The translations under genes were made by a program, and so were the position numbers. The notes below the pieces were generated by a model. It made no database searches. It was not told the origin of the DNA and saw nothing but the letters and a program-made list of their open reading frames with translations. From an uncultured Alphaproteobacteria bacterium (GTDB lineage: Bacteria; Pseudomonadota; Alphaproteobacteria; RF32; CAG-239): a stretch of 64,000 bases of DNA. Of this stretch, positions 37,986 through 49,885 are shown in pieces; the first letter of the stretch is position 1; each line of letters starts with the position of its first letter. The stretch lies in NCBI GenBank assembly GCA_944391485.1, contig CALXTQ010000009.1:1319-65318 (forward strand). The letters run 5' to 3'.

Positions 37986-38723
37986 TTAAATCATTGCCAT
38001 ACCGCCGTTGATGTTGATGGTCTGGCCGGTGATGTACTGGGCTTCGTCCGAAGCAAGGAAAGCCACAACATTGGCGATGTCCTGAGCTTCGCCGAGTTTG
38101 CCTTCCGGAATTTTGGCCAGCAGTGCGGCTTTGACATCGTCCGGCAGAACGTCGGTCATCGGGGTTCTGATGAAGCCCGGCGCAATCGAGTTGACGGTGA
38201 TGCCGCGGGAGCCGACTTCCTGAGCCAGACATTTGTTCATGGCGATCATTCCGGCTTTGGAGGCGGAATAGTTGGCCTGTCCGGCGTTGCCGGTTACGCC
38301 GACGACGGAAGCGATGCCGATGATACGGCCGAAACGGCGTTTCATCATACCGCGGACAGCGGCTTTGGCCAGTTTGAAACCTGCCGTCAGGTTGACGTCG
38401 AGAACCAGCTGCCATTCTTCGTCGCTCATGCGGATGAACAGGTTGTCGCGGGTCAGGCCGGCGTTGTTGACCAGGATATCAATGCGGCCGAATTTTGCTT
38501 CAACATCCTTAATCAGCTGGCTGATGGCTTCGGAATTGCCGAGGTCGGCAACAAAGCACTCAACATTGCCGCCGAGTTCGGCTTTCAGCTTTTCCATCTT
38601 TTCGGCATTGCGGTCGGTCAGAGCCAGCGTCGCGCCCTGTTTGTGCAGCGTGCGGGCGATTTTGTCGCCGAGGCCGCCACTGGCGCCGGTGATTAATGCT
38701 ACTTTGTCGTGTAATTCAAACAT
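37986..38723 (-). CDS. fabG: 3-oxoacyl-[acyl-carrier-protein] reductase
   Basis: 245 aa SDR. TGASGGLG Rossmann motif, NNAG, catalytic YSASKAG. Adjacent to fabD. Confidence 0.85.
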   Translation of the reverse strand: MFELHDKVALITGASGGLGDKIARTLHKQGATLALTDRNAEKMEKLKAELGGNVECFVADLGNSEAISQLIKDVEAKFGRIDILVNNAGLTRDNLFIRMSDEEWQLVLDVNLTAGFKLAKAAVRGMMKRRFGRIIGIASVVGVTGNAGQANYSASKAGMIAMNKCLAQEVGSRGITVNSIAPGFIRTPMTDVLPDDVKAALLAKIPEGKLGEAQDIANVVAFLASDEAQYITGQTININGGMAMI

Positions 38724-38750
38724 GAGAATATTCCTTTTTGTTGTTGGTCT

Positions 38751-39698
38751 TTATAAGTTTTTTGCCAATTCTTCGATTTCTGCCGGAGAGCCGACGGAAA
38801 CGGCGTTGATGTCTTTGTCGCTTCTTTTGACAATGTTGGAAAGAACCTTGCCGGCGCCTAACTCGACAACGTCGGTTACGCCCTGTTCCTTCATGTAAAT
38901 GACGCTTTCGCGCCAGCGGACTGAGCCGGTAACCTGCTCGACCAGATGTTTGACAATTTCTTTGGCGTCGGTAATGGCCGAGGCCAAAACGTTGGCAATC
39001 AGCGGGATTTCGGCATTATGGGCTTCCGCCTGCATCAGAGCGCGGGCCATGGTTTCGGCCGCCGGCTGCATCAGCGGGCTGTGGAACGGCGCGCTGACCG
39101 GAAGTTTGATGCATCTTTTGGCACCAAATTCGGAGGCGATTTCAACAGCTTTTTCGATGGCTTTGATATGGCCGGAAAGAACAACCTGGCCGTCGGCGTT
39201 GTCATTGGCCGCCACGCAGATGTTATCTTCATCCGCGCAGGCTTCGGCCAAGGCGGCAACGTCTTTGAAAGACATGCCCATGACCGCGGCCATGCCGCCG
39301 ACCCCTACCGGAACGGCTTTCTGCATGGCGTCGCCGCGGATGCGCAGCAGTTTGGCCGTGTCCTCAAGCGAAAAAACGCCGGCCGCGCAGGCCGCCGAAT
39401 ATTCGCCGAGCGAATGGCCGGCAACAAAGGACGCCTTGTCTTTGAGGCGGATTCCGAAATCTTTTTCAAGAACGCGCACCAGGGCCATGGAATTTGCCAT
39501 TAATGCCGGCTGGGCATTGGCAGTAAGGGTCAGTTCGTTTTCCGGACCCTCAACCATTAATTTAAACAAATCCTGGGATAATGCGTTATTGACTTCCTGA
39601 AATACTTCTTTGGCGGTTTTGAAATTCTCCGCCAGCTCTTTTCCCATGCCGACGAACTGCGAGCCCTGGCCGGGAAATACAAATGCATATTTCATCAA
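38751..39698 (-). CDS. fabD: malonyl-CoA:ACP transacylase
   Basis: 315 aa. FPGQGSQ and the active-site GHSLGEYSA motif. Confidence 0.9.
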   Translation of the reverse strand: MMKYAFVFPGQGSQFVGMGKELAENFKTAKEVFQEVNNALSQDLFKLMVEGPENELTLTANAQPALMANSMALVRVLEKDFGIRLKDKASFVAGHSLGEYSAACAAGVFSLEDTAKLLRIRGDAMQKAVPVGVGGMAAVMGMSFKDVAALAEACADEDNICVAANDNADGQVVLSGHIKAIEKAVEIASEFGAKRCIKLPVSAPFHSPLMQPAAETMARALMQAEAHNAEIPLIANVLASAITDAKEIVKHLVEQVTGSVRWRESVIYMKEQGVTDVVELGAGKVLSNIVKRSDKDINAVSVGSPAEIEELAKNL

Positions 39699-39946
39699 TA
39701 AAAAACCTTCGTGTTATTAACTTTCGGGATTCAGTTCTAAAGATTATTGCGCAAAAGTCAAGTCAAAACTCCGCCGCAGGGCATATCTGTTGCCCCGTAA
39801 GCCTTTGAAAACGTTATGTTCCCTGATGTTTGCGCCGGCTGCTCGGCTGTATAAAATGCCCGGTGCTTCGGGTGCGGCAAATGCCGCCGCGTTAATATTT
39901 TTTTGATGATTTTCTGTTAGGATGGCCTCAATTTTGGGAGACTAAA

Positions 39947-42226
39947 ATGGCTAGGAAATCTAATCGGAAAAAAGAAAAATCCTTTTTGAGCAAAGCAATC
40001 TGGCGTTTGTTCGGCGCCTTTCTTATCGTCTTTTGCGCGGCGGCGATCCTGAGCCTTGTCGGCTATGACGCCAATGACGCCTCTTATAATGTGGCGAGCC
40101 GGGCGCCGGTGCATAATTATCTCGGCAGTTTCGGCGCCAACGCCGCCAGCCTGATTGTCAGCTCTTTCGGCGCGTCCCTGATTGTTTTTCTAATTGCCCC
40201 CATTGTCTGGGGATACGGTTTTCTGCGGCTGCGCGAGTTTTTGCAGCCCTGGGCGCGGATTACGGCTTTTGTGTTCGGCGCGTTTTTTCTGTCGGTTTTT
40301 TTCGGGCTGCTGCCCGAGCATCTGCTGGGCGCTTACCAGCTGGGCGGCACCATCGGCAAAAAGGCCGCCGCCAACCTGATGACGGTTATTAATCATTATC
40401 CGGGAGCCTATAACCTTTATATTGCGCTCGCGGTCTTTTTTGCGCTGGCGCTGCTGTCGTTTAATTTTGCTGCCGGCATTACCTATAAGAACTGGTTCGG
40501 CTGGTTTAGAGCCGCGGCCAGAGTTTTTGCCCGGATCGTTATGCTGATTGTCAGGGGAATTCGAGCTGTCGCCGCCAGAAGACCGTCGCCGCGCGAGGAC
40601 AAAGAAGAACGCGCAGCCAGAGTTAAGGCGCCGAAAGAGCACAAGGAGCCGAAAGTTAAGTCGGAAGAAAGCAAAGAAGAGCGGAAAATCGCGCAGGCGA
40701 TGACGAAAAAATCCAAGGAAACCGGCGATGGTTACCAGTATCCCGACGTTAATCTGCTGTCGCGGCCGAAAGACAAAGGCGGCAACAATGTTAACGAAAA
40801 GGAACTGGAGGCGATTGCCAGAGATCTGGAAAATGTGCTGCAAGAGTTCGGAGTAAACGGCAAAATTGTCAAGGTCCGCCCGGGGCCGGTTGTTACACTG
40901 TATGAGCTGGAACCCGCGCCAGGAACAAAAACCGCCCGGGTTATCGGTCTGGCCGACGATATCGCGCGCTCCATGTCGGCGGTTTCGGTTCGTATCGCCG
41001 TGGTTCCGGGATCCAATACCATCGGTATCGAAATGCCAAACAAAGACCGCGAAACAGTCTGGCTTAAGGATCTGCTCGAGGATCCGAATTTCCGGGAAAC
41101 CAAAAATACGCTCAATATTGTTCTCGGCAAAGATATCGGCGGCCGCAACGTGTATGCGGATCTGGCAAAAATGCCGCATCTGCTGGTTGCCGGTACGACG
41201 GGTTCCGGAAAGTCCGTCGGCGTCAACTCCATGATTGTGTCGCTGCTGTACCGTATGCGGCCCGACGAATGCAAATTGATTATGATTGACCCGAAAATGC
41301 TTGAATTTTCAATGTATAACGGTATTCCGCACCTGCTGACGCCGGTAATTACCGATCCGGCCAAGGCGGTTATCGGCCTGAAATGGGCCGTCAAGGAAAT
41401 GGAGGATCGCTACCGCGCCATGGCCCAGCTGAATGTGCGCAATATTTCCGGGTATAACCAGAAGCTTAAGGAACTGAGAGCCAGCGGCGAAAAGGTTACG
41501 CGCACGGTGCAGACCGGTTTTGACGCCGAAAGCGGCAAGCCGATTTTCGAAGAACAGGAACTTGACCTGACGCCGCTGCCGTATATTGTGATTGTGGTTG
41601 ACGAAATGGCCGACCTGATGCTGGTTGCCGGCAAGGACGTGGAAGCGGCTATTCAGCGTCTGGCGCAGATGGCGCGCGCTGCCGGTCTGCATCTGATTAT
41701 GTCGACGCAGAGACCGTCCGTGGACGTTATTACCGGCACGATTAAGGCCAATTTCCCGACGCGAATCAGCTTTCAGGTAACATCCAAAATCGACAGCCGC
41801 ACTATTCTGGGCGAGCAGGGGGCCGAGCAGCTTCTCGGCATGGGCGATATGCTCTATATGCCGGCCGGTCAGCGGCCGATCCGCGTTCACGGTTCTTTTG
41901 TCAAAGACAGTGAAGTTGAAAAAATCGTCGATTTTCTGAAAGCGCAGAAAGAGCCGGAATATATCCAGAGCGTTACGGAAGGCGAACTTTCCGAGAAAGA
42001 CGGCGGTTCTGTTTTTGACAAGGGTGATTTCGGTGGCGGCGACAGCGATGACGACCTGTATCGTCAGGCCGTGGAAATCGTGCAGAACGACAAAAAAGCC
42101 TCCACCAGCTATATCCAGCGGAAACTGCGCATCGGGTATAACCGCGCGGCGTCCATTATTGACAAGATGGAAGAAAACGGCATTATTTCCGCCGCGGATC
42201 ATGTCGGTCGGCGCGAGGTTTTGTAG
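39947..42226 (+). CDS. ftsK: DNA translocase FtsK
   Basis: 759 aa. N-terminal 4-TM anchor, Pro/Lys/Glu-rich linker, motor domain with Walker [13 protein letters not shown] and [13 protein letters not shown]-terminal gamma winged-helix (YRQAVEIV...[24 protein letters not shown]). Confidence 0.9.
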   Translation: MARKSNRKKEKSFLSKAIWRLFGAFLIVFCAAAILSLVGYDANDASYNVASRAPVHNYLGSFGANAASLIVSSFGASLIVFLIAPIVWGYGFLRLREFLQPWARITAFVFGAFFLSVFFGLLPEHLLGAYQLGGTIGKKAAANLMTVINHYPGAYNLYIALAVFFALALLSFNFAAGITYKNWFGWFRAAARVFARIVMLIVRGIRAVAARRPSPREDKEERAARVKAPKEHKEPKVKSEESKEERKIAQAMTKKSKETGDGYQYPDVNLLSRPKDKGGNNVNEKELEAIARDLENVLQEFGVNGKIVKVRPGPVVTLYELEPAPGTKTARVIGLADDIARSMSAVSVRIAVVPGSNTIGIEMPNKDRETVWLKDLLEDPNFRETKNTLNIVLGKDIGGRNVYADLAKMPHLLVAGTTGSGKSVGVNSMIVSLLYRMRPDECKLIMIDPKMLEFSMYNGIPHLLTPVITDPAKAVIGLKWAVKEMEDRYRAMAQLNVRNISGYNQKLKELRASGEKVTRTVQTGFDAESGKPIFEEQELDLTPLPYIVIVVDEMADLMLVAGKDVEAAIQRLAQMARAAGLHLIMSTQRPSVDVITGTIKANFPTRISFQVTSKIDSRTILGEQGAEQLLGMGDMLYMPAGQRPIRVHGSFVKDSEVEKIVDFLKAQKEPEYIQSVTEGELSEKDGGSVFDKGDFGGGDSDDDLYRQAVEIVQNDKKASTSYIQRKLRIGYNRAASIIDKMEENGIISAADHVGRREVL

Positions 42227-42356
42227 TTTTTCGGATGCCGTCGAGGATTATGTCATGGAAAAATATGCGGCGCTTTTGCGTTCCAAAGTTTAAAAAAGTT
42301 CTGGATTTTTATATTTTTTATGATATATATATTGACATATCGCAGAAAATTATTGG

Positions 42357-42385
42357 AAGCGGGGGCCAAAAGCCCCGCTTTTTTG
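42357..42385 (+). terminator. hairpin/terminator between ftsK and rimP (could also be an attenuator of the rimP-nusA operon)
   Basis: GCGGGG-gccaaaag-CCCCGC followed by TTTTTTG, 15 nt before the rimP ATG. Confidence 0.45.
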
Positions 42386-42399
42386 TTAAGGAAAGACGA

Positions 42400-42906
42400 A
42401 TGCAGAATAAACATTATTTACAGGATATGCTGGAGCCGGTCATTGACGGCATGGGGTTCGACGTGGTGCGTATCCTGACAATCGGGCAGAAGAATCCGAC
42501 GCTCCAGATCATGATTGAGCGAAAAGACCGCCGGGATATCGTCGTCGATGACTGCGCCGCCGTCAGCCGCGCCGTGTCGGAAGTGCTCGACGCCAAAGAC
42601 CCGATTAAAGACCAGTACACGCTTGAGGTCAGCTCTCCGGGGCTGGACCGTCCGCTGACGAGGCCTGAGCATTTCAGCCGTTTTGCCGGTTATGAGGCCA
42701 AAATCGAGACTTCTGAGGAAGTTGAAAAACGCAAGCGGTTTAAGGGAAAAATCATCAGCATGGACGAGCAGAAAAACATTATTCATTTTGATATGGACGG
42801 TACGGAATATGCCATTCCCTGCGATGCCGTATCCAAAGCCAAACTGATAATTACGGACGAGCTTCTGGCGGAATACGCGGAGAATCATCCGGAAATCGAA
42901 CTTTAA
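42400..42906 (+). CDS. rimP: ribosome maturation factor RimP
   Basis: Start MQNKHYLQDMLEPVIDGMGFDVVRIL (the ORF track begins earlier at 42235). Conserved position upstream of nusA. LEVSSPGLDRPLT motif. Confidence 0.75.
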   Translation: MQNKHYLQDMLEPVIDGMGFDVVRILTIGQKNPTLQIMIERKDRRDIVVDDCAAVSRAVSEVLDAKDPIKDQYTLEVSSPGLDRPLTRPEHFSRFAGYEAKIETSEEVEKRKRFKGKIISMDEQKNIIHFDMDGTEYAIPCDAVSKAKLIITDELLAEYAENHPEIEL

Positions 42907-42933
42907 TTTTAATTATCTAACCAAGAGGACAAA

Positions 42934-44457
42934 ATGCAGAACATTGAAAGCATGCCAAGACCAGAAATTATTCTTGTCGCCGACACTGTCGCCAGAGAGA
43001 AAAATATTGACAAGGAAGATGTTTTTACGGCGATGGAAGTAGCCATCCAGAAAGCCGGCCGCTCGAAATACGGTTTTGAACACGATATCCGCGCGACCAT
43101 AGACCGCAAAACCGGCGCCATTACCCTCGCCCGTTACCGCGAGGTGGTTGCGAATCCGGAAGATGTCGAAAACGAAGTTACCCAGCTCACTCTGGAAGAT
43201 GCCAAAATGTATGATGCCAACGCGAAAGTCGGCGATTTTATCATCGACCAGCTGCCGCCGATTGATTTCGGCCGCATTGCCGCTCAGACCGCGAAACAGG
43301 TTATCGTCCAGAAGGTTCGCGATGCGGAGCGCAATAAACAGTATGAAGAATATAAGGAAAAAGTCGGCACGATCGTAAACGGAACAATCAAAAGAATCGA
43401 GTTCGGCAACGTTATTCTTGATATCGGCAAAACGGAGGCCATTCTGCGCCGCGACGAGATTATCCCGCGGGAAAAATTCAAAAACGGCGACCGGATCCGC
43501 GCTTATGTTTTGGATGTGCGCCGCGAAAATAAGGGACCGCAGATTTTTCTGTCCCGCACTTGTCCCGAATTTATGGCGAAACTCTTTACTCAGGAAGTTC
43601 CCGAAATTTATGACGGTATTGTCAAGATTATGGGCGTTGCCCGCGATCCGGGATCAAAAGCTAAGATCGCCGTCAAAACCGATGATATGACCGTTGACGC
43701 CGTCGGCGCCTGCGTCGGTCTGCGCGGTATCCGCGTTCAGGCTGTGGTAACGGAACTGCAGGGCGAGAAAATCGACATCGTTCCTTATTCCGAAGACAAG
43801 GCGCAGTATATTGTCAGCGCGCTGGCTCCGGCCGAAGTTACCAAGGTGGTTATTGACGAAGAGAACAACCGTATCGAGGCCGTTGTTCCTCAGGAACAGT
43901 TTTCAATCGCGATCGGCCGCCGCGGCCAGAATGTCAAACTTGCTTCCCAGCTTTTGGGCTGCGATATCGACGTTCTGACAGAAGAGCAGGAACAGGAGCG
44001 CCGTTCAAACGAAAACAAGGTTCGCTCGCAGAGATTTATGGAAGCTCTGGATGTTGACGAGATGATTGCTCATCTGCTGATTGCGGAAGGTTTCTCGACG
44101 GTTGACGAAGTTGCGCTGGTTCCTTTGTCCGAACTGGCCGACATCGAAGGATTTGACGAGGATGTTGCCTCCGAGCTGCAGAAGCGCGCTAAAGCCTTTA
44201 TTGAAAAGAGAAACGAAGATTTTGCGGAAAAGAGCAAAAATCTGGGTATTGACGAAAAACTCAAGGAAGTTCCGGGGCTGGATCAGGATATGATCCTGAC
44301 ACTGGCTGACAAAGGCGTCAAAACAATAGACGACCTGGCGGATCTTGCCGCTGACGAGCTGATGGAAATTTTGGGCGAAAACGTTTTGTCCGAAGTCGAA
44401 GCCAACAGAGTTATTATGGCGGCCAGAGCCCACTGGTTTGAAGACGAACAGGAGTAG
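42934..44457 (+). CDS. nusA: transcription termination/antitermination factor NusA
   Basis: 507 aa. N-domain, S1, two KH domains (GACVGLRGIRVQAV), C-terminal acidic repeats. Confidence 0.9.
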   Translation: MQNIESMPRPEIILVADTVAREKNIDKEDVFTAMEVAIQKAGRSKYGFEHDIRATIDRKTGAITLARYREVVANPEDVENEVTQLTLEDAKMYDANAKVGDFIIDQLPPIDFGRIAAQTAKQVIVQKVRDAERNKQYEEYKEKVGTIVNGTIKRIEFGNVILDIGKTEAILRRDEIIPREKFKNGDRIRAYVLDVRRENKGPQIFLSRTCPEFMAKLFTQEVPEIYDGIVKIMGVARDPGSKAKIAVKTDDMTVDAVGACVGLRGIRVQAVVTELQGEKIDIVPYSEDKAQYIVSALAPAEVTKVVIDEENNRIEAVVPQEQFSIAIGRRGQNVKLASQLLGCDIDVLTEEQEQERRSNENKVRSQRFMEALDVDEMIAHLLIAEGFSTVDEVALVPLSELADIEGFDEDVASELQKRAKAFIEKRNEDFAEKSKNLGIDEKLKEVPGLDQDMILTLADKGVKTIDDLADLAADELMEILGENVLSEVEANRVIMAARAHWFEDEQE

Positions 44458-44551
44458 TTTGCCCGGCGGACGGACGGTTTTGGGCGGAAGCGCTTTTTCT
44501 CCCAAACCGTTCCGATGCCCGGATAAACAGTTTCTGCAGATTGGGGGAAAG

Positions 44552-45124
44552 ATGAAACAGGAAACGGAAAACCGCAAATGCATCGTGTGCGGGGAAGTTA
44601 AGGACAAAGAGCAGCTTTTGCGCTTTACGCTGACGCCGGATAACCGCGTTGTGCCCGATTTTAAGAAAAAGCTTCCTGGTGGCGGCATTTATGTTTCAAA
44701 TTCCCTCAAAATGCTGAAAACCGCGATTGAGAAAAATTTATTTGCCAAAGCTGTGAAAAAAAATGTAAAAGTTAATGCAGAATTAATTCAAACCGTAGAA
44801 AATATTTTAAGAAAAAAAGGTTTAGAATCAATCTGCTTGGCAAAAAAAGCCGGTGTTCTGGTTACGGGTTTTGAAAAAGCGGCCGAAAAAATCAAGCGGG
44901 GAAAAGTCGCTTTTATTCTGGAAGCGCGGGATGCCGGGGCTGACGGGCACCAGAAGATGATGCAGCTGGCCCGGGATTTAGAAGTTTTTGCGCTGTATGA
45001 TATTGAGGAGTTAGATAAGGCATTAGACAAGGTTAACACTGTACATGCAGCCTTTGTAAAAGGCGAAATGTCAAAAATGGTTTACAACGAATTTAAAAGA
45101 CTTCAGACTTTTTTGAATTCATAG
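44552..45124 (+). CDS. YlxR (DUF448)-like RNA-binding protein fused to an L7Ae/YlxQ-like domain
   Basis: [16 protein letters not shown]...GRGIYV-type YlxR motif (here GGGIYVS), then a [29 protein letters not shown]7Ae-like segment. Classic position between nusA and infB. Confidence 0.6.
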   Translation: MKQETENRKCIVCGEVKDKEQLLRFTLTPDNRVVPDFKKKLPGGGIYVSNSLKMLKTAIEKNLFAKAVKKNVKVNAELIQTVENILRKKGLESICLAKKAGVLVTGFEKAAEKIKRGKVAFILEARDAGADGHQKMMQLARDLEVFALYDIEELDKALDKVNTVHAAFVKGEMSKMVYNEFKRLQTFLNS

Positions 45125-45131
45125 AGTTTTA

Positions 45132-47636
45132 TTGGAAGATGGAGAAAATATCGCAATGACGGAAGATAATGCAAAAAACAGACTCACATTATCAGGAAAA
45201 TCGACACTTACGCTTAAAAACATCGGGGACGCCTCCAAGTCGCACAGTCATGACGGCAAGAAATTTGTCCAGGTAGAAGTCCGCAAAAAAAGAATCATCA
45301 ATCCGGCTGCGGTTCAGGAACCTAAAGTCGAGATAGATGAGGCAACAGCCCAGAAACTGCGTCTGATTGCGGAAGCGAAAGAACATGAGGCGCGTCGCCG
45401 TCAGGAAGAAGAGGAAAAAGAGAGACAGCGCCAGCTGGAACGCGAGCGTGAAGAACAGGAAAAAGCCCGGCGCGAGCAGGAAGAGGCTCAAAAAGAAAAA
45501 GAGGCTGACAAAAAGCCTGCTGTGGCGGTAAAAACCGCGGCTTCTGCCGAGCAGGAGGAAAAATCCTTTAAGCCGAAAGAAAAGAGAGGCAAGGATTATG
45601 ACGATGACGAAGATGAGGACGAAGAGGATTATCATAACAGGAAGTTCAAGAAATCCGTCAATGCGGATAAGCCTCTGAGTCGTGAAGAGACGTTTGAGCA
45701 GGAACGCAAGAAAATTACCAAAAGAAGTTTCGAACCGCAGCGCCGCGGCGGAAAGGTCAATATTCAGTCGGTATTCGGCGGCGACGATGACGACGATGAT
45801 TACGGTTTCGGCGGTCGGCGGCGGTTTAAGCGCAAGCAGCCTAAGCCTGTTCAGCAGCCTCAGCAGCCGGCTGAAAAAATCATCAAGGAAGTGGTGGTTC
45901 CCGAAATTATTACGGTGCAGGAACTGGCAAACCGCATGGCCGAGAAGAGCGCCGACGTTATCAAAAAACTGATGTCTTTGGGCGTTATGGCGACCATAAA
46001 TCAGCCGATTGACGCGGATACGGCGCAGATTGTCGTCGAAGAAATGGGGCATAAGGTTAAACGCGTTGCCGACAGCGATGTCGAGCTTGGTCTGAAAGGC
46101 GGCGAGGATTCTCCCGCCGATTTAAAGCCGCGGGCTCCCGTCGTTACGGTTATGGGGCATGTTGACCATGGTAAGACCTCTTTGTTGGACGCTCTTCGTG
46201 AGACCAACGTCGCTTCTCATGAAGCCGGCGGCATTACGCAGCATATCGGCGCTTATCAGATTACGGTAAAAACCGGTGACAAGATTACGTTTATCGATAC
46301 GCCGGGGCACGAGGCTTTTTCGGAAATGCGCGCGCGCGGCGCCAAAGTTACGGATATTGTTGTGCTGGTTGTTGCCGCCAATGACGGCATCATGCCGCAA
46401 ACCATTGAGGCTATCCGCCATGCTCAGGCAGCCGAAGTGCCGATTGTCGTGGCGATAAATAAAATTGATCTGCCTGGCGCAGATCCGATGAAAGTCAAGA
46501 CTGCTCTGCTGCAGCATGGCATTGCTGTCGAGGAACTGGGCGGAGAAAGCCTTTGCGCCGAAGTTTCCGCCAAAAAGCGCATTAATATCGATAAACTGGT
46601 GGAAGCTATTTTGCTGCAGGCGGAAATTCTGGATCTGAAAGCTAATCCGAATCGCAAAGCAGAAGGAGCGGTGATTGAGGCCAAAATGGAAAAAGGCCGC
46701 GGTTCCGTCGCAACCGTTCTGGTTCAGAAAGGCACGCTGCACATCGGCGATATCGTTATTGCCGGCAAGGAATGGGGGCGTGTCCGCGCCATGTTCAACG
46801 AAATGGGCAAGAAAATGTCTGAAGCCGGACCGGCAACGCCGGTCGAGGTTCTCGGTCTACAGGGAACGCCGGCGGCTGGTGATGACTTTATTGTCGTTGC
46901 CGACGAGAATCAGGCCAAAGAAGTTACGAGTTACCGCATCCGCAAAGAACGCGAGGCCAAGCTTGTCAAGAGCGCGAAATCGGCTATGGAACAGATGCTG
47001 GATAAGATCAAGTCCGGCGAAGTCAAACATCTGCCGGTTATTATCAAGGCCGATGTTCAGGGTTCCATTGAGGCGATTGAGGGGACGATTACCAAGCTTT
47101 CGAATGATGAAGTCAGCGTACAGATTTTGCATTCGGCCGTCGGCCCGATTTCTGATTCCGACGTTACTTTGGCCAAGGCTTCCAATGCGTTTATTATCGG
47201 TTTTAATGTCCGCGCGATTCCGCATGCCCGCGATATGGCGCGTCAGGATGGTGTTGATATCCGCTATTATTCGATCATTTATGACGTGGCCGATGATATT
47301 AAGAAAGCTCTGGAAGGCATGTTATCGCCCGAGTTGAAAGAAAAAATTCTGGGATATGCCGAAATCCGCAATGTCTTCAATATTACCGGCGTCGGCAAAG
47401 TGGCCGGCTGCATGGTTACCGAGGGTATGGTCAAACGCGGAGCGAAGGTTCGTCTGCTACGCGACAATGTCGTTATTCATGACGGTTCCCTCGGCCAGCT
47501 GAAGCGCTTTAAGGACGATGTCAAAGAAGTTAAGGAAGGCTATGAATGCGGCATGAGCTTCGAAAATTACAATGATATTCAGGTCGGCGATTTTATTGAG
47601 TGTTACGAAATAGAATCTATCGCCGCCAAGCTTTAA
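45132..47636 (+). CDS. infB: translation initiation factor IF-2
   Basis: 834 aa. Charged N-terminal region. G-domain [25 protein letters not shown]-terminal beta-barrels. Confidence 0.9.
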   Translation: MEDGENIAMTEDNAKNRLTLSGKSTLTLKNIGDASKSHSHDGKKFVQVEVRKKRIINPAAVQEPKVEIDEATAQKLRLIAEAKEHEARRRQEEEEKERQRQLEREREEQEKARREQEEAQKEKEADKKPAVAVKTAASAEQEEKSFKPKEKRGKDYDDDEDEDEEDYHNRKFKKSVNADKPLSREETFEQERKKITKRSFEPQRRGGKVNIQSVFGGDDDDDDYGFGGRRRFKRKQPKPVQQPQQPAEKIIKEVVVPEIITVQELANRMAEKSADVIKKLMSLGVMATINQPIDADTAQIVVEEMGHKVKRVADSDVELGLKGGEDSPADLKPRAPVVTVMGHVDHGKTSLLDALRETNVASHEAGGITQHIGAYQITVKTGDKITFIDTPGHEAFSEMRARGAKVTDIVVLVVAANDGIMPQTIEAIRHAQAAEVPIVVAINKIDLPGADPMKVKTALLQHGIAVEELGGESLCAEVSAKKRINIDKLVEAILLQAEILDLKANPNRKAEGAVIEAKMEKGRGSVATVLVQKGTLHIGDIVIAGKEWGRVRAMFNEMGKKMSEAGPATPVEVLGLQGTPAAGDDFIVVADENQAKEVTSYRIRKEREAKLVKSAKSAMEQMLDKIKSGEVKHLPVIIKADVQGSIEAIEGTITKLSNDEVSVQILHSAVGPISDSDVTLAKASNAFIIGFNVRAIPHARDMARQDGVDIRYYSIIYDVADDIKKALEGMLSPELKEKILGYAEIRNVFNITGVGKVAGCMVTEGMVKRGAKVRLLRDNVVIHDGSLGQLKRFKDDVKEVKEGYECGMSFENYNDIQVGDFIECYEIESIAAKL

Positions 47637-47757
47637 GTAAAATCCATACCGGGGAATCCGAGCCGTTGCCGCAAAAGGGTTCCCCGGGAATTTCCGAAGG
47701 TATCATGCCGTCCGTTTTGGCGGAAATGCGGAACATAAAAATCAAAGGAATTATGAA

Positions 47758-48138
47758 ATGGCAGAAAAAGAACCATCACAAAGACAATTGAGAGTCGGGC
47801 AGGAAATCAAGAAAATTCTGGCCGGAGAAATAGAAAAAGGGCTGGTCCGCAATCTGGAAGGGATTGACGCGCTGGTAACAATTATGGAAGTCCGGATTTC
47901 TCCGGATTTGAAATACGCGAATGTTTATTTTATTACCTCGCAAAAAGACAGGGATGAAGAAGTTCGTACGGGGCTGCAGCTGGCGGCTAACCATTTTCGC
48001 AAGATTATCGGCATGAAAATGGAATTGCGTTATGTGCCTGAGCTTAATTTTCGAATCGACGAAAGTTTTGAACAGGTGGATAAGATGGAAAAACTGTTCC
48101 GGGATCCCCGCGTCGCTCAGGATCTTAAGAAAGACTGA
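47758..48138 (+). CDS. rbfA: ribosome-binding factor A
   Basis: 126 aa. Length, conserved position after infB and KH-like fold motifs (VTIMEVRISPDLKYANVY) match RbfA. Confidence 0.85.
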   Translation: MAEKEPSQRQLRVGQEIKKILAGEIEKGLVRNLEGIDALVTIMEVRISPDLKYANVYFITSQKDRDEEVRTGLQLAANHFRKIIGMKMELRYVPELNFRIDESFEQVDKMEKLFRDPRVAQDLKKD

Positions 48139-48146
48139 TTTGTGCA

Positions 48147-48172
48147 GGAGCCCCGAAACCGGGGCTTTTTTA
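48147..48172 (+). terminator. Rho-independent terminator after rbfA
   Basis: GAGCCCCG-aaac-CGGGGCT followed by TTTTTTAT. Confidence 0.5.
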
Positions 48173-48393
48173 TGAGTATCGGAATTTGGGCTGCAGACGC
48201 GGACGGTTATCTGTCCGCCGCGGAGATAAGAGCGGTATCTGAGCTGCGGCGGCAGCGCCGCCGGCCGGGCAGATGATCTGTTTGTTGGCGGCATTTCATG
48301 ATTCATCAGCAGCAAAGATACAAAACGGCCCGGCTTGACATTGACGGCATTTTAATTTATCAACGACGTAAGTAAACGTGCGGCAGGATAGGA

Positions 48394-49359
48394 ATGGGAC
48401 GGCATAAAAAAGGACTGGATATTAACGGCTGGCTGATTATCGACAAACCCCGGAATACGGGGTCGACGGATGTGGTTAATTTGGCGCGCCGGTTGTTTAA
48501 GGCTAAAAAATGCGGGCATTGCGGGACTCTGGATCCTTTTGCGACAGGCGTTCTGCCAATTGCCTTCGGAGAAGCGACGAAACTTATTCCTTTTGTTACG
48601 GACGGCGAAAAAGAATATGAGTTTGTCGTTCAGTGGGGTGAGGCTACAGATACGGCGGATACGGAAGGAAATGTCTGCGAGACCTCCAATAAAATTCCGT
48701 CCCGGGAGGAAATTGAAGCGGTTATACCGTCCTTTGTCGGAGAAATCGAGCAGGTTCCGCCGGCGTATTCCGCGATTAAAATCAACGGCAGAAGAGCGTA
48801 TGATCTGGTGAGAAAAGGCGAAGCCGTTGAAATGCCCGCACGGCGGATTCATATTTATGATTTGAAATTTCTGGAAGAAATTGCCGGCGGCAAGGCTCGT
48901 TTCTGCGTCCGCTGCTCCAAGGGAACATATATTCGCGCGCTGGGGCAGGATCTGGCGCTGGCACTGGGAACAGTGGGGCATTTATGCGAGCTGCGGCGCG
49001 TTCGCTGTGGTATTTTCGGCCTTGATGATAAAATTTCTCTGGAAAGTTTAAAAAATATAGTGTATTTTGAGGACCTGCAAAAGTTTTTGCTTCCGTTAGA
49101 AACATTACTGCGCGACATCGCGGTAATTGCTGTTTCGGAAGCAGATGCTCTCAAGCTGAAAATGGGGCAGAGCCTCTCTCCCCGGACCTTCGATACGGAA
49201 AGCCTGTGCGGAAAAACAGCAGCGGCGATGTGCGGTGGCAGCCTGATTGCAATAGTGCGAATCGATGAGCGGCGAATCGCTCCGGTTCGGGTTTTTAATA
49301 TTAATGATAAGGAAAATAGTGATGTCGATTACGAACGAACAGAAACAAGAAGTAATTAA
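48394..49359 (+). CDS. truB: tRNA pseudouridine(55) synthase TruB
   Basis: 321 aa. Catalytic [23 protein letters not shown] motif. The 3' end overlaps the rpsO start by 38 nt. Confidence 0.85.
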   Translation: MGRHKKGLDINGWLIIDKPRNTGSTDVVNLARRLFKAKKCGHCGTLDPFATGVLPIAFGEATKLIPFVTDGEKEYEFVVQWGEATDTADTEGNVCETSNKIPSREEIEAVIPSFVGEIEQVPPAYSAIKINGRRAYDLVRKGEAVEMPARRIHIYDLKFLEEIAGGKARFCVRCSKGTYIRALGQDLALALGTVGHLCELRRVRCGIFGLDDKISLESLKNIVYFEDLQKFLLPLETLLRDIAVIAVSEADALKLKMGQSLSPRTFDTESLCGKTAAAMCGGSLIAIVRIDERRIAPVRVFNINDKENSDVDYERTETRSN

Positions 49360-49591
49360 AACTTATGCAACAAAACCGGGAGACACCGGTTCTGCCGAAG
49401 TGCAGATTGCTATCTGGACAACCAGAATCAATAATCTGATTGAACATTTCAACACTCATAAAAAAGATCTGCATTCTCGTCTGGGTCTGATGAAAATGGT
49501 CGGTAAACGCCGCCACCTTCTTGACCACCTGAAATCTAAAAGCGAAGAAAGATATCAGAATATTATCGAGAAGCTGAATCTGCGTAAGTAA
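49322..49591 (+). CDS. rpsO: 30S ribosomal protein S15
   Basis: [71 protein letters not shown] is canonical S15. SD AAGGA 9 nt upstream. The ORF-track start at 49265 is too early. Confidence 0.85.
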   Translation: MSITNEQKQEVIKTYATKPGDTGSAEVQIAIWTTRINNLIEHFNTHKKDLHSRLGLMKMVGKRRHLLDHLKSKSEERYQNIIEKLNLRK

Positions 49592-49885
49592 GCCGGATTG
49601 GTTTCATGCGACAGGTTAAGCAGTTTTACAAGAGCCGGAACAGTTCGCGCATGTCTTTGTGCGCAGAAGCTGTGGTGGCAGGCGGAAACTGTGCGGATTG
49701 TCGGCAGAAAATCAGTCTTTTATGCCGTATCTTTGCCAAAAAGGGGAGTATGGCGCAGTAAGTTTCGGGTATGCGGGGCAATGGTGCTCCGCATTCCTTT
49801 TAAGCTCCGGAAGGAGCATTGGTAGAAAATCCCGGGCCATGGGGGCCGGGTGAGGATTGTAAGAGATAGATGAAAGGAAGATTTT

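Noticed and set aside
40190-41394. 329- and 220-codon minus-strand ORFs inside ftsK; 297-codon ORF 41309..42202
   Set aside because: Antisense to the FtsK motor domain, which has unambiguous Walker motifs. No start context or motifs.
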